64,000 nucleotides of DNA from Magallana gigas (Eukaryota). A program made the position numbers and the translations under genes. A model generated the notes under the pieces. It made no database searches and was not told the origin of the DNA. It saw only the letters and a program-made list of their open reading frames with translations. Each line of letters opens with the position of its first letter. Position 1 is the stretch's first letter. This document shows positions 1 to 13,500 of this stretch, one piece after another. The DNA lies in assembly GCF_963853765.1 (NCBI RefSeq), contig NC_088859.1, forward strand, positions 4,960,001 through 5,024,000, in the 5' to 3' direction.

Positions 1-315
1 GGTCATATTTAATGGTCAAAGGTCAAATAAGATGACGTCATTAAACCTCAATAAATCAATCAATAATGGTATTTTTGATCGACACATCATATTCTGTTTC
101 ATACCAAATTGGATTCTGAGAAGAAATTTAAAACAAAATGTCCACAATAGCTATTTTTATCTAATTTATCTTTATGTCAGATACGGTCGACTCTCTGAAA
201 AAAAAAGAAAGAGAAAATTCTTTGAACGAGTTGTTTAAAAAAATAGGAGACGAGCTTTCGGAATACCTTTGAAAATATCCATTACTCACCTTGTAGTGAC
301 TATTCGTCAACAAAG

Positions 316-3300
316 ATGGCCGGAATTAGATGTAAGTTTGTTACCAAATAACGTTTCTAATTCGCTGTTTGAGCATCAAGTTTATATCTAAGATTCTGTA
401 GGTTAACTTTTTTCCTACCAAGTCATAGGATGGTTTGTTTAAAGATAGAAACCCGACCTGCTATGCGATCATTTGTTCTTGATCTTCAGTGATTTTGTCT
501 CTTTTGACATTAGCTGCAGGTCTGTAGTTCCCGGTCTGAAAAAATTAGGATGGACGACCTGGGAGCTACAGTGCCTCCCATAGTAAAAAACTGCAATTTA
601 CGGCGCATAAAAATCTTCCGCTAGTTTTGGGCTGATTAATCTAGTTTCCGAACACATTCTATAAAAATATTTGATTCCAAATATATTCCCTTGACATTTT
701 GCTACAGACATCTGGCATCATCACTTTACTTGCCTCTGATATTATTTTAAACTCCGTCACCAGCCCCGTAATGTGCAGTGGTGCAGTTTGTTTACATTTA
801 AAAATTGCGACTATCGAGCTCGATGTGAATTTAACATACCTCAATTTCCGAGGTCGGCAGTGTGTTTAAGAGAAATTTTGAGGCAAGTAAAGTACCGATT
901 TCAGCAGTAAATTGAATGAAGAATTTAATGGTACTAATTTTATCCACAGAAGGCACTGTAGCTCCAAGGTGTCCATCCGATTTTTTTCAGACCGGGAGCT
1001 ACAGACCTGCAGCTATTTTGACATTTAACTGTTTGAATCACTTTAATCAGGTCTGATGTATAAATATGCCACGCCTTACGATTAACGATAATGCAAAATT
1101 GATATGAATATTGGTCGCCTTAACAGTTATATAATGTTGGTGTTAAGCCGAAATGTCACAATACTGAAATTTTTTTCTTCTAAAGGTAATTACACAGGGT
1201 TAAGTTTTCATGATTCTCATAGCTGCAGGTCTGGAGCTCCCGGTATGAAAAAAAATGGATGGACGATCTGGGACTACAGTTCTGTTAATGTGAAATAGTC
1301 GTAATTTAGGCTTTCAAAAACTTGTGCTAGTTTTGAACTGATTAATTCTACTTCTACACAAATTCTATGTAAATTATTAGTACATGTACCACTAAATTCT
1401 TCAGACAGTTCACTTCTGATATCTCTGCTTTACTTGCATCGGAGTTTCTCTAAAACACGCTAACCAACCTTGGTAAATAAAGTATGATATTTTAATAATT
1501 TCACATGCAGATCAAGAGCTGCCACTTTTATATGTAATCAAATTACATTACTTCACTTTATGAGCCTGGTGTCGTGAGGGTTTTTAAAAGAATATCAGAG
1601 GCAAGTATTGTGATGATATTTGTTGAAATATATCAGAGAACTTTTTTGAAATCGAATAGTATACAAATTTGTTACGATATAAGATGAATCAGTCCAGGGA
1701 ATGAGGGATGTATATACTCTGTTATATATGTCTTTTGTCAGTTCAAAACAAGCACAATTTTTTGAGCGCAGCCAGTAAATTGTACTTTTTAACATGTACG
1801 GAACTGTATCTGCCTGGGAGCTCCAGACCTGCAGCTATAGATTCCCTTTTGACCATGGATACTTCCTAATAATGCCTACACTTTTCGATTAGGAAGGGAA
1901 ATTTTTGTGTTTTGAAATGGTGTAAGCTTTTCCTTAATGAAAAAAAGTCATGGTTTTGATGTAAGTTGTGCATTGAACAAATAAAAATAATTCATTGAAC
2001 AGGCTTCAACAGGGACATACATGTACTTGCTTACATCTTTGCACGCCAAGAGTTTTTGGTCCACTCTGCTCCAAATTAACTTTTTCTTGGCATATCATAT
2101 TATGAATACTTGATGATGCAATAGCACTATCTAGCAAATAACTGGCCTGGAGTAGTGCCTTTTGCAACTTTATATTTTTATCAGGTGAAATAACAGGTTA
2201 TACACACACTACAGCAGTACAATAACGTGATAAAATGTTGTCTGGCAAATCTTATAAAAGGGCATATAAAATGAATGAAGATATACCCACATACATGTAA
2301 CAGAGAAAGCAAACATATTTTTTTTTTATTTTACATAGATTATTACTTGGTCGCCATATATATATCATCAGCTTAACAGAAAACCTGTTTGCAAAGCTGA
2401 ATCAATTGGTAGTTTAAGTACTGATGCGATATGCTTTTTAGTACTGATATTCATTTACCGATTATGGTTGTTTTTATAAAAATTAATGTTAAGATATTCA
2501 TTGCGTTCAGTTAATCTAATCTAATTTTCTTCTACTCTCTTTTCATGTTCCCTCTCTGAACTTTTACTTGGCTTGGATATGCAACAGCGTAAGTACCACA
2601 GCATTGATATTTTAAAAGTTTTGAACTGAGCAGTGATATTACAAAGTTTAAATGTCAAAGATGCAATTATGAAGCTTTTGTTATAGAAAAATTCATGTGT
2701 ATTACTGTTATGATAATGATGCAATGAAGAAGTGTCAGTATATAATGTTAATAGTATTATCGTGTAATGATAAAGTATCAGCAAGTAATGTTGAAGTAAC
2801 AGCATATGATACTGACGTATCAGCATGTAATGTTGAAGTATCATATACTGTATATTAAGTATCATCATATAAAGTTGTAGTATCTTCATATAATGAAGAT
2901 CAGCCACATAAGGGAGCTGAGGCGTTCCATAGGTCAATATTTGACAGCTGTTTCGATAAGCAAGTAGAAAATTTCATCCCACCAAAAGTTCAAGCTCTTG
3001 TTAAGACAACTTTGCTAAGATTTTAGTTATTTTATTACAAATATTGCTCCTCTGTAGCAATATGATTTACAATGATTATCCTGTGTTAGTGTACTGTTTA
3101 TGTTTCTGTGTTGATGTACTATGCATGTTTTTTTCTGTTTGTAGATTGATAGCGCTCGCCTTCTCGGCTGCCATTGGTATCACATTCCTGGTCCTGGGAT
3201 GTGCCTTGTTTCAGTGAGTTACCCGAAACAATGCATTGAAGATGATTACAGATACCAAACATGTGTCAGAGCCATTAATATATCACGATGCATTAAAAAA

Positions 3301-4568
3301 CATCATGTGAACCCTGTATGAACATACAATGCATTGATAATAGAAAACAAGTGAACTTTCTATTATCAAACAGTATTTTCATTACAGGATAGGACTGGTT
3401 AAGGTTTATGCTAGATCTATTCCAAGCCGATTTGATATTAATTTTAAGATATTTTTTAATTTATAAAAAGATTCACGGGAAAATGTAAAGTAATTTAGTC
3501 GACTTTGGTTGCTTTTTGTCCTTAAACTCGTAAACCTCGCTCACTCTTTGTTGAAGTGACTGAGATTTTTTTATATTTGTGTAGGAACTGGTGGCCAATG
3601 TTTGTGTTGTTTTTCTACTTCCTGTCCCCAGTTCCCACTGTGATTGCCCGTCGATTGTCCGGCAGTCTGGACTCCTCCAGCAGTGCCCTCATTGAGCTGT
3701 GTATTTTCCTTACTGTGGGAATCGTCATTTCTGCGATAGGATTACCAGTTGTCTTGGCCAGAACCTCTGTGGTTTGTAGAATTCATTATTGCAAAGACGG
3801 TACCATTGTAAATATGGTATCATTATAAAGATAGTACCATTGTAAATATGGTATCATTGTAAAGATAGTACATGTTTCAAGAATATTAGTTGATAGATAG
3901 TCATACAGTTTTTAAAATCAGATTCATTTGCAAGGCTTTAAATTGCCTGGTTTTGTTGGCTAAGAGATGGGCTTTACAATTAGCAGAACATGTGTATATT
4001 AGCCTAATTTGTTTAATTGGTAATGTGTTCAAGTACCTGTTTGTAGACGATCTGTAAAGTTTATACTGTGACTATGTAATTGTGTATTGTGATTATGCGT
4101 AACTTTATGCTGTGACTATTTGTAAGTCAATGCTGTGATCGTTCTATCAGTACTACAAATTTATGTCTATCTGCTGTTTAATGCTGTCAATCTGTGCTGT
4201 TTATTGTAAATTCCTTATATTACTTAATTCCACGATCCCGCTGGTTTGTATCAAATCGCGAGAATATAAAATCGCGAATGTTGAACTTTTCTCCTTATTT
4301 CTTATAGTTTTCAACTCTCAGAAAATAATGGCGAGATTTTAAAATCCGCGAAGGATGCTTCTCGCGATTTTATGTGCGACTGGATATTAATTCCTCGCGT
4401 TTAATCAGGAATTTACAGTATGCTGCTAATACATGCTGTGACTGTCTGTTGTAGATCCAGTGGGGAGCCTGTGGACTGGTTCTCGCAGGAAACGTGGTCG
4501 TCTTTCTGACAATCCTGGGATATTTCTTCGTGTTCGGCAATGATGACCTAGACTACTCCTCATGGTGA
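316..4568 (+). CDS. LEPROT: Leptin receptor gene-related protein / Vps55 family (LEPROT/LEPROTL1-like), 4 coding exons
   Basis: Exons 316-331 (MAGIR|GTAAGT), 3145 or 3153-3213 ([23 protein letters not shown]), 3585-3771 ([23 protein letters not shown]...[10 protein letters not shown]) and 4455-4568 ([37 protein letters not shown]). This matches the Vps55/LEPROT pattern. The exon 1/2 phase problem is described in findings. Paralog assignment (LEPROT vs LEPROTL1) is not resolvable. Confidence 0.9.
511..1015. mobile_element. MITE with ~70-bp TIRs and 9-bp TSD (Mutator/MULE-like)
   Basis: Starts TAGCTGCAGGTCTGTAGTTCCCGGTCTGAAAAAAA and ends TTTTTTTCAGACCGGGAGCTACAGACCTGCAGCTA. It is flanked by the exact direct repeat TTTTGACAT at 502-510 and 1016-1024. 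Confidence 0.9.
1220..1837. mobile_element. Second, diverged member of the same MULE-like MITE family
   Basis: Same termini (TAGCTGCAGGTCTGGAGCTCCCGG...CCTGGGAGCTCCAGACCTGCAGCTA). The interior is alignable to 511-1015 in patches (GCTAGTTTT, CTGATTAAT, CTTTACTTGC). The TSD is degenerate. Confidence 0.8.
4202..4420. mobile_element. TA-flanked MITE (TACTGTAAA-type termini, Tc1/mariner-pogo superfamily-like)
   Basis: TATTGTAAATTCCT at the left and AGGAATTTACAGTA at the right; interior has TCGCGA repeats. Confidence 0.65.
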
Positions 4569-6404
4569 TAAACTCGGATCTGATTTCTTTTCTGTAATAA
4601 ACGTAGACAATGTGACCCATTAATGTGTGCATGATTGCAACGGTTAGGTGCTGCGAGAATGACTGTTGACAGTAGACGTGAGATATAACTAGTGTGCTGC
4701 GAGAATGATTGTTGACAGTAGGCGTGAGATTTAACCAGTGTATTTTCTCTTACAGACTGGCTCCCAGTGTAAGCATTACTGCTTGTCATTTGTTACTTAT
4801 AGTAAGATAAACACCAATCTATGTAGATATTTATTTCCTATGTATATTATTTTCCAATATAGCCTGGCTTACTAATACCTCCCCCTCTACACAAATTAGT
4901 CACCCAACAGAAGCCTTTACATACGTCCACATACAGACAGGAGAGGGCTCTGTGAAACCTCAGAGGAAGGCATTTAATTATGTACCCCCATCAAAACCCC
5001 ACCAAGCGTCATTCTTATATAGATTTGTGCATGCACTCAATACATATTTATTGAATGTCAGGATTTTTTGGCCTCCTGAGCTTTGGGTTACAACTTCATA
5101 CTTTTTTTTATCTCAGCTGATTATCTGTTTAGAACTCCAGCCTTCCACTTATGATTGAGAATTCTTGATTGGTTGTGTAAAAATCAAGTATGACTTATGA
5201 AGTTCAAGGTCAAGTAAGATGGAGCATGGTAGTCAACAAACACAACATTTGTTATTCTGCATGGAGGGTTCAAGTAGGAATAGTTGTTCTCTGTCAGCTT
5301 TGATTAACACTCCCTGATATTGCTGGTGGTTTCTTTTTATGGTTTTTGTATGCATTGTATAAACTACAGCATGAAAACAATACATGTCGAATCCCAAGGC
5401 ACATGCTGAGCAGATAGTTTTGTCTAATTAAAAATGTTAAAAGTAAAATTGGTTGCAAACTTGCAGTTCTTTATTTTTTTTAACTCTTCTAACATGTCAA
5501 TACAAATTTGATTTACATGTACTGTACTTTATAAGTTTCAATTTGATATACTGTGTCTATAATATGTAGCAGTATTAATTAATACCATACATTTCATTTG
5601 GCAATGGCTTGTATATAAAGGCTTTATTAACGAGTAATTATGATAACAAATGGATGGCCACATTAAATTTAATCATTCAATTCCCATGCTATTTAGTTAA
5701 GTTTGTATCTCTGATTTAGTTTTAGTATTCAGTACATTCAGATTCAGTACATGTTATTTTTCATTTCATCATCACCATTTTTCTAGGTAAAAACAAATCA
5801 ATGTGGGCATGAAGTACTAATGTGGAGCTTCCTTTACACTCCAATCTCTTGATGATGTGACATCTCTAGACAGGAGTCAGTTCTCCATGTTCTATGTCTG
5901 TTGAATTTTTACCCTGCCTTTTTATGCCTGTCGTTAATTTCTGATCAAATATTCATCACAGGTTTGACTCACTGAACTTGCAATATGAAATAACTGTGTA
6001 CATATTCTGTCATTCACATAATCAAACCACAAGCCCAGCTTTGTCCACAATCTTATGAGGTTTAAACCAAGGATTCAGCAACTAATGAGATAATACATGC
6101 CTTGCAATGCTGTCATATTGAGGCCCATTAACTGTGTAGTGAAGTAATTTTTATCAGGTTAATGCCAAAATATACATTACTCTTTGTTATTTATGATTTA
6201 TGACCATATTTTGTTATTCTTCAATGACTATTATGTTTATTATAGCATGGATGTGTTTTTATTCAATAAAAACTGTCAAAAAGTAAAAAACTATGTTTTA
6301 TATACCAGTTCTCATTCTTTTTAATACCGATAATTCACTTTGATAGAATTTTGGCTGATTATACTTTACTCACAGCAAAATATGGGTCAAGATTACAATT
6401 ACGT

Positions 6405-6470
6405 AGTAGGCTCGAACTTGGGACCCTTTGGTTTATAAACTGCAACACTCTACTGACTGAGCTAAATTAG
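6405..6470 (-). repeat. tRNA-derived SINE-like fragment
   Basis: The minus strand reads TAGCTCAGTCAGTAGAG...AAGTTCGAGCC (A-box and B-box-like). I could not build a clean cloverleaf. Confidence 0.55.
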
Positions 6471-7535
6471 AGTCCACTACCGTAGTAGGAACATGGAGGT
6501 ACCGGGTTTATTTCACACACCATCACCCAAGTAACATGATCCACCAGAGATATTTGAGTATGTGAAGTTAAAGAAAGGCAGGGTCACACCTCTTTTTTAT
6601 CAGAATAATATCTTGAGATACAGAAAAACCTCATATATTCAAATCACTGGAAGTTGAATATTACCATTTCTAGTTCTAGGTAGAGAGATTACAGAGATGA
6701 GAATTTAAAGAAAGTATTAAAGTAAAGTTAATGTATGTAATTATATAGGGTATAATTATACATACCCAAAGATACTCTATGAACATGAGTACTATGTATA
6801 TGTATATTTTTTCTAGGGATTGTAATTTATAGCCAGTTACTTGGTCTGGTCTGAACAGATGAATATGGTGTATATTTTCAAGTATGTGAGTAAGTTTACT
6901 ACTTTGGACACAATCCCCAAGTTATGATGAGAATTGTCAGAATTTCTTGAATTAGTTGGAAAATAAATATACTTTCCAAAGTTGCATAATTATTTTGTGT
7001 TCAGTAAAGATGTACTCAAAAAACTACTTGTTAAAATGATTTTATTGGCCATTTATTATTTGGCTATTATTTGCAATCAAAGCACACATTTAACTTAACA
7101 GACTACGCATCATGACACTATTTGCAAATTAAGTGGTGTTATTCATCACTAAATAATTACATCCATAGTAACTTCAGAATTCAAGATGGACATTGCATCG
7201 AATTTTCAAATTGTCTTGCTAATTATTTTTGACAAGCCAAATATTTTTTAACAGGCATTACTCGGAGTAAGAATATAAATTCAAATTGGTAAAAGGAAAC
7301 TGGGTTTGAAAAAAAGAAAGAAAAAAAATCATTCTCCAATAAAGAACATGTAGCATCAAAACAAACTTGGATCTACATGTACAACATAAAACATCAACCC
7401 TCTGTCAATAACGATGTCCAAACTATCAACCCTCCTGGCTGTTAAAATGTCCAAACAATGGGGCCTGTCTGTCTGATATTAAGAAGTCAGTATTTCATGA
7501 CAAGTCACAGCTTTGCACTGAACAGAGCTCAGATA

Positions 7536-10500
7536 TCAAGTATCGGTGAGGTCGGCAATGTTATGAAGGCGGTACGCAATCTCGCTCTGTAGGGGGCGCT
7601 GAAGAGGATGTGCTAACAGTTTGGCCATCTGGTCGTACAGCCGCGTGGGATTTCTGGCAGCTTCAAAGATGTAGGACATTCCCTTCTCATCTAAGTCACA
7701 AAGTCTGTCAAAGATTTCCTGTAACAAAATTATATTTACAAGTCATCATATCGCTGCAAGATGGCATGATGATGCAAAAAAAAAGACAGAAAAATCATTG
7801 ATTAATAATAATTATCAGAAACCCATGGCAGTCTCACAAGGAATAAATCAATTACCAGGTATGTAATAAACAAATTAAGTATTAATTGCTGGAACTGGGA
7901 ACAAACTGACCTCACATCTGTTTTCTGGTGATTGTGGTTCATGTACATACATTGCATCAAAGAAAAAGTAAGGGGAGCTATCTAACTGCCGGAAACTCTG
8001 AAACAAAAAGGAGAAGAATAATTAACAGGTCTGCAGATACAACTAATTTGCAGAAATCTTTAAGTTCTCTTTACTTTACAAAACAATTTTCATATACACC
8101 ACATTTATACTGATGCATAAAGATGAAGAGGATGAAAGGACACAGTGACCCATTACTAACCTCTTTATTTCTGAACTCAATGAGTCCATTGGATCGTCCG
8201 TATATAAACAACATTCTGACTATGTAGGGTGGGGGGAGGATTGTGGTGTCTCCCTCTAATTCTGGTAACGGAACACACTGGTGTCTAAACAAGCAAAGTG
8301 TCACTGACTGTCCCAACAATCATATGATAGTAATTCTAACTAATAATTCAACCACCAATCTATGTTGTAAATGTTAATCTCACATATTTTAGTCTCTGTC
8401 ACTCATAAAAAATTTTTGTCTAGCTTGTTATCCTCTCTTTCTCTATTCTCTTTTGCCCTCACATTACTGTCTGTCTGTTTGCCTCTCTTCTTCTGTCGTT
8501 TTCTCTCTCTCTCTCTATTCTCATTTGCTCTCACATTGCTCTCTGTCTGTCTGTTGCCCCCCCCCCCCCCTCGAAGACTTACATAAGATCAAACAACGAG
8601 GTGGCATTGAACGACTGAAGCTCCACAGTGTCCGACATGTCATCCAGGGCACTGATGATGGACCGTACATTTCCCGTGAAATCTTTCACCTACAAGTCAT
8701 TCATTTCACTTTAATGTGCCATTCATATCATATCATTATCAAAATACTATTTATTCAAAGCACAGTCATTGACCAGTACTGAATATCATTTAGTAAATGT
8801 CACAAAAGAGGCCCATAAAACCTCAACACCTGAGTAAATCAACAGAAGACATTAAAAATTATATCCATATTATGTTACATACATGTACCTGTATAATATG
8901 TTGTGTTAGATAATGAATTAGATGCAAAATAAACTTCTGATTGAAAAAGAACAAGATTCACACAGTAAGTTCTTGTAAAGACTTATTTTAAGTTACCTTC
9001 TGCACCATTCAATTTGGTTTTAACTGTGAACTACTGGTACACCTGTTAGAACTTAGAACTATATACATAGTTTGTCTGCTAGATATTCAGTAGGAGTAAA
9101 AAAGACTTCTTATGAATTGATAAAGATTAAAAAAGATTTCTTAAAAAAGTGATTTAAGTACCTGGGAACCAGAAGAGTAATGCTGATAAGTTCAAATTTC
9201 CATTAAGTTTTGAATTCATGGATTAGATATTTGAATATGTATTCAATAATAGTTCACTGCTAAGTCAGTGAAAGAACTATAGATTATGAATATGTGTATT
9301 AGACACTTTTTAGTCATTTATCAAATGGAAATGTTCAAAGAATAAAATTGGAAGACTATTTTTTGATTCATAGATACACCTTGTATTGTACAGCATATAT
9401 AAACATGTATATACAAGATATGCTAACTTACCCATGATGCCTTGTCAAAGAGATGGACCAATGCAAACTGGTGATTTCTGTTAAGTCTCTGCTTACTGTG
9501 TAGAAAAAAAGACAGTGCTCTTCGTACCAGCTTCATTGGGGTCCATTTGTCTCTGTCAATTAAAGTTATCTACTGAGCAAAGGCTATGTTAAGTATGTGT
9601 TTTCAGAACATATCCTTTTAACAGTTGACAAATACCCTAAACCTGCTACAGATTCCTGGCCGTTTTGTACTACATGAATAATTCTATACTTATAAAAACA
9701 TTTTGTGAAAATCAATAATCCAACAAACTTTAGGCGAGTAAATAAACTAGGTCCATTAAGGTAAGGTTTGCAATTAAAGGGAGATCAAGTTACCCTCTAT
9801 TTAAGATATCCCTTACCAAAATGAATTGTTTGCGGCAAACTTGCAGCAAACTTGCCGCAAATTTTCGGCAAACTGATTAGTTTACCAGAAAACTTTAGAA
9901 CTTGTTTGCCGATCTTTGCCAGTAGTAGCGAACTTCTGGTAAACCTCTTATATTTTGCCAAAAGTTTACCAGACACCCAATTATGTTTGCAGCTTCTTCG
10001 CCAGAAGTGGCAAACTTTTGGCAAACACCTAAAAATTTGCCAGAAGTTTATCACAAACATTTCTTCTTTTTTCTCTGTTTGTTTTACTTCGTGAGCTTGC
10101 CAAAGCTTTACCAGAAATAAGACTTATACAATTTCATATACACATTCAGCACAAATTTAAGACTGTCAATTATAATGAATTGCTTTTATAATTTGTGTAT
10201 AGAGAAAAAATAAATCTAATTAATATTATTGGATTTAAGTTTTATTCTAAGATAGTCTCGATAAAAATATTGTTACGAAAATAAGATCAACTTTAATCGC
10301 ATGATGCTTCATAATGACCCCCCCCCCCCTCCCCCCCCCAGACCCCACGTATTACGTGAACACTAACCTGTCTGTTCTTTTGTTATGCTATATTCTTTTT
10401 TCCTACGTTCAAATATCAGTCAACTTGGATTTGAGTATATAAACCGCTTGATGTTGAATCATGTAGATTGAAGAGTTTTCCGTAACGTTATGCTGTTCAG

Positions 10501-13500
10501 TGTTTGTTTCTACTTTTACTTTTGTTTCAATGTTAAGCTACGCGCGCGCTGATTGGTCGATCAATAGCTAGCCGCCAATTTTCACATTCGATGCTGCCAT
10601 GTTGTCTGCCATCACCGAGATGGTAAAGTGAATGAAAATAAGGGAATAAGGCTGTGCACAAGGTAAAAGAAACATTGTCAATGGAGTGTTTACTTTTGGA
10701 AAATCCACGGCTAAACAGAGGACGAATATAAGTGAATGAATCGAGTCTCAACACCCATGGCCACTGCATGCACCATCTGCATGATCATGAGCACGTTTTT
10801 GAAAAAGTAAGTGAAGTAATGAAAACATATTCGTTGAATGGCAGTTTAAACAGTTATTGGAATTTAAAACGAAAGACTGTGATCTTTTATAATGAGTTTA
10901 ACAGTATAAGGCCGTCCCTATGACAATGCGGGGTGTCGAATCGAGCAAAACGCTCGTTATTGACATCGTTGTGATGCATGAACAAATGATTAAAATTTAT
11001 TTAAACAACGCCAAATTTAGGAAATTATCATTACATAGTGTAAAAGTACATTTTATATGATTTACATTTTTATTACTTAAATAAAAGAATTCATGTTCTA
11101 CTCGCATAGTCAGAGTTAGAGTAGGCCTAGTGCAAATTTGTAGCTTTATATAGATTTATAGATTGAGTAAGTATATGATAGGCTAACTTGTTTTAATCTG
11201 AAAACAATTGTGCTTATATGAAATCCATTTATCTTCCCAATAGGTGTCTGCCCTGGTGACTGGGTTACACAGACCTAAAGAAAACCATGCAAAAAAAAAA
11301 CCCACTGATTTTATGATCAAATGATGCAACCAAAAAAGAGTGAAGACAGAATTTGTGTAAGACTTACGTAGAAAAGCATATAAACAACAGTGCTGAAGTC
11401 TGACCATTCCATTGTGGGCATTATTGTGATATTCGGCTATTTGTGTGATATTGTTTATGTGTGAAATTAAATCGGAGAGCACGTACAGGAGACCGTCATA
11501 AAAAAGACATCGAGAATGCCTTAAAGAATCCGTGATTAATTGTAACATGACCAGTGACCGTGCAGGGCTTAATTGTGAACTACCGGTAAAAGTATCGACC
11601 TAATTTCCGAAAAATATGGTATATGGTTTGAACTTCGCTCATTGTGAACTTTTGACAAGTCCATCTGTGCATGCATGTTGTGATCAAACTGCATTCAAGT
11701 TTATCGATCTGCAGCAACAAATCATCACCTATCGGTTGAGTACCATTTGTCAAATTTCAATATGGTTTGTTCATCAGTTTTTTGTTTATTTTTGAAATAT
11801 ATAAAATGTGTAAAATTTTAAGTTAATTACTTGTGTCCTTTATCTCTAATTTTGCTGCAACTGTTGAAGTAAAACAACATCTTTGTCAATCACCAGTAGA
11901 AGTTATTTGTTAATTGATTGAAAAGCATAGTACATATATTAGTAACTCATTATTAAATGATTATTAGTGTTTATTAATTGTTTTTCTTATGTTGTAATAT
12001 CTTAAAGTTGCTATGTCTATCTGTAAGCTTGCGGCAAATTTGCCGCAAACAGTTTGCCGGAAGCTAATTTGCATACGAATTCTGAACTTGCTGCAAATTT
12101 GCCGCAAACAGTTTGCCAGAAGCTAATTTGCATACGAATTCTGAACTTGCCGCAACTTTGCTGCAAACAGTTTCCCAGAAGCTAATTTGCATACGAATTC
12201 TGAACTTGCCGCAACTTTGCAGCAAACAGTTTGCCAGAAGCTAATTTGCATACGAATTCTGAACTTGCCGCAAATTTGCTGCAACTGTTTGTCGCAAATT
12301 TGCAGCAACCTCTCTGCAAATTTGCGGCAACTGTTTGCCAGAGGCCTTATATTTTGGTAAGGGATAACATCAAGATTTACTGGTACAATGTATACAAAAT
12401 AATACATCATAAGATATGACATCAAAATTTACTGGTACAATGTATACGAAGTTATACTGCATACAGGGTTATATTTGCCCCATGTAATTTTCGCCCTTCT
12501 ACACTTACAAATATTTTCGCATGTCTTGAATTCACCCAGATACAGGTGTGTGTAAAGAGACATATCGGTAATTTGAGACATTGGAATTCGCCCAGTCTAT
12601 ATTTGCACACTGACAACAAGGGCATTTCACAGGTTTTTGTAGATTACCATGAAAAAATTAGGAAAGAAGCACTTAATAATGTCCACATAATTGAAATCCA
12701 TGACATACATCCGCTGTAATATCCTGTAATATCATTTATATGTTTACAGCAAAAATTTAGAATAAAAACCAAACCATCAAAGAACAGTCTTTATTCATAT
12801 TGCAATATACAAATTTAATATTGCTTGAATTTTACTATTTTTTTGTATCACAATGGAAATACCATCATTATGAGTCTTTCTTACCCTGATCGAGATCGAA
12901 ATGAAACTTTATCCATCTCTGAGCTCATGTCCAGACAAATAATCTGTAAATATGAATATATGGTGGTGAGAAAAGGTAATAGGTAAGATATTGGTCTATA
13001 TAGGCCACTCAGCTAGTACTATGCACTTTTGCTGAGATATTGAGATATATGAAATATTGTAATGTTAGTTACGTTTTGGGAAATATGATGCAACAGCTTT
13101 AATCACAAGTGCTAGGGACCCTAGCTACTGTCACTAAACCAACTTTTATTTGTAAGGGAAAAAAATTTGCGAGGTTTTACAAGAGCCCAATCGCCACAAA
13201 AATATCTTGCGGCAAACAAGCCCTTCTCGTATGACTGTAATAACAACAGGAAATTTACTTGCGAAAAATTAGTCATCATGAACCAGTTTACTGCCAGTGA
13301 ATGGCGAAATAATGTCATCATGAATAAAAGTTGATTTACAGTATGTATACATTGTATATGCATGATATAAGTCATATGACATTATACATCATACATATTG
13401 TCATATTGATATGTCATGTACTTGTCTGTTCTGGACACTGAATTAAAAATAAATGATTTGTATTCTATATTAAATTATAATCAGTTAATGTGTATGCATA

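Noticed and set aside
13-40. DR1-like GGTCAAAGGTCA and CRE TGACGTCA at the window edge
   Set aside because: Short motifs at the truncated edge with no context; such strings are common in repeats.
2521-2937. 138-aa minus-strand ORF with a periodic I/L/Q/H/Y/M pattern
   Set aside because: It arises from a degenerate short tandem repeat in LEPROT intron 1 (e.g. GTATCAGCA.GTAATGTTGAAGTA) and has no recognisable domain.
3790-4740. Short two-copy duplications (34 bp at ~3790-3870, 46 bp at ~4650-4740; also ~55 bp at 12365-12450 and 26 bp at 50204-50257)
   Set aside because: Ordinary local slippage duplications with no structure suggesting function.
11183-11548. 121-aa ORF inside the EnSpm-like element as a transposase
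   Set aside because: No recognisable transposase motifs; composition is AT-rich and noncoding-like.
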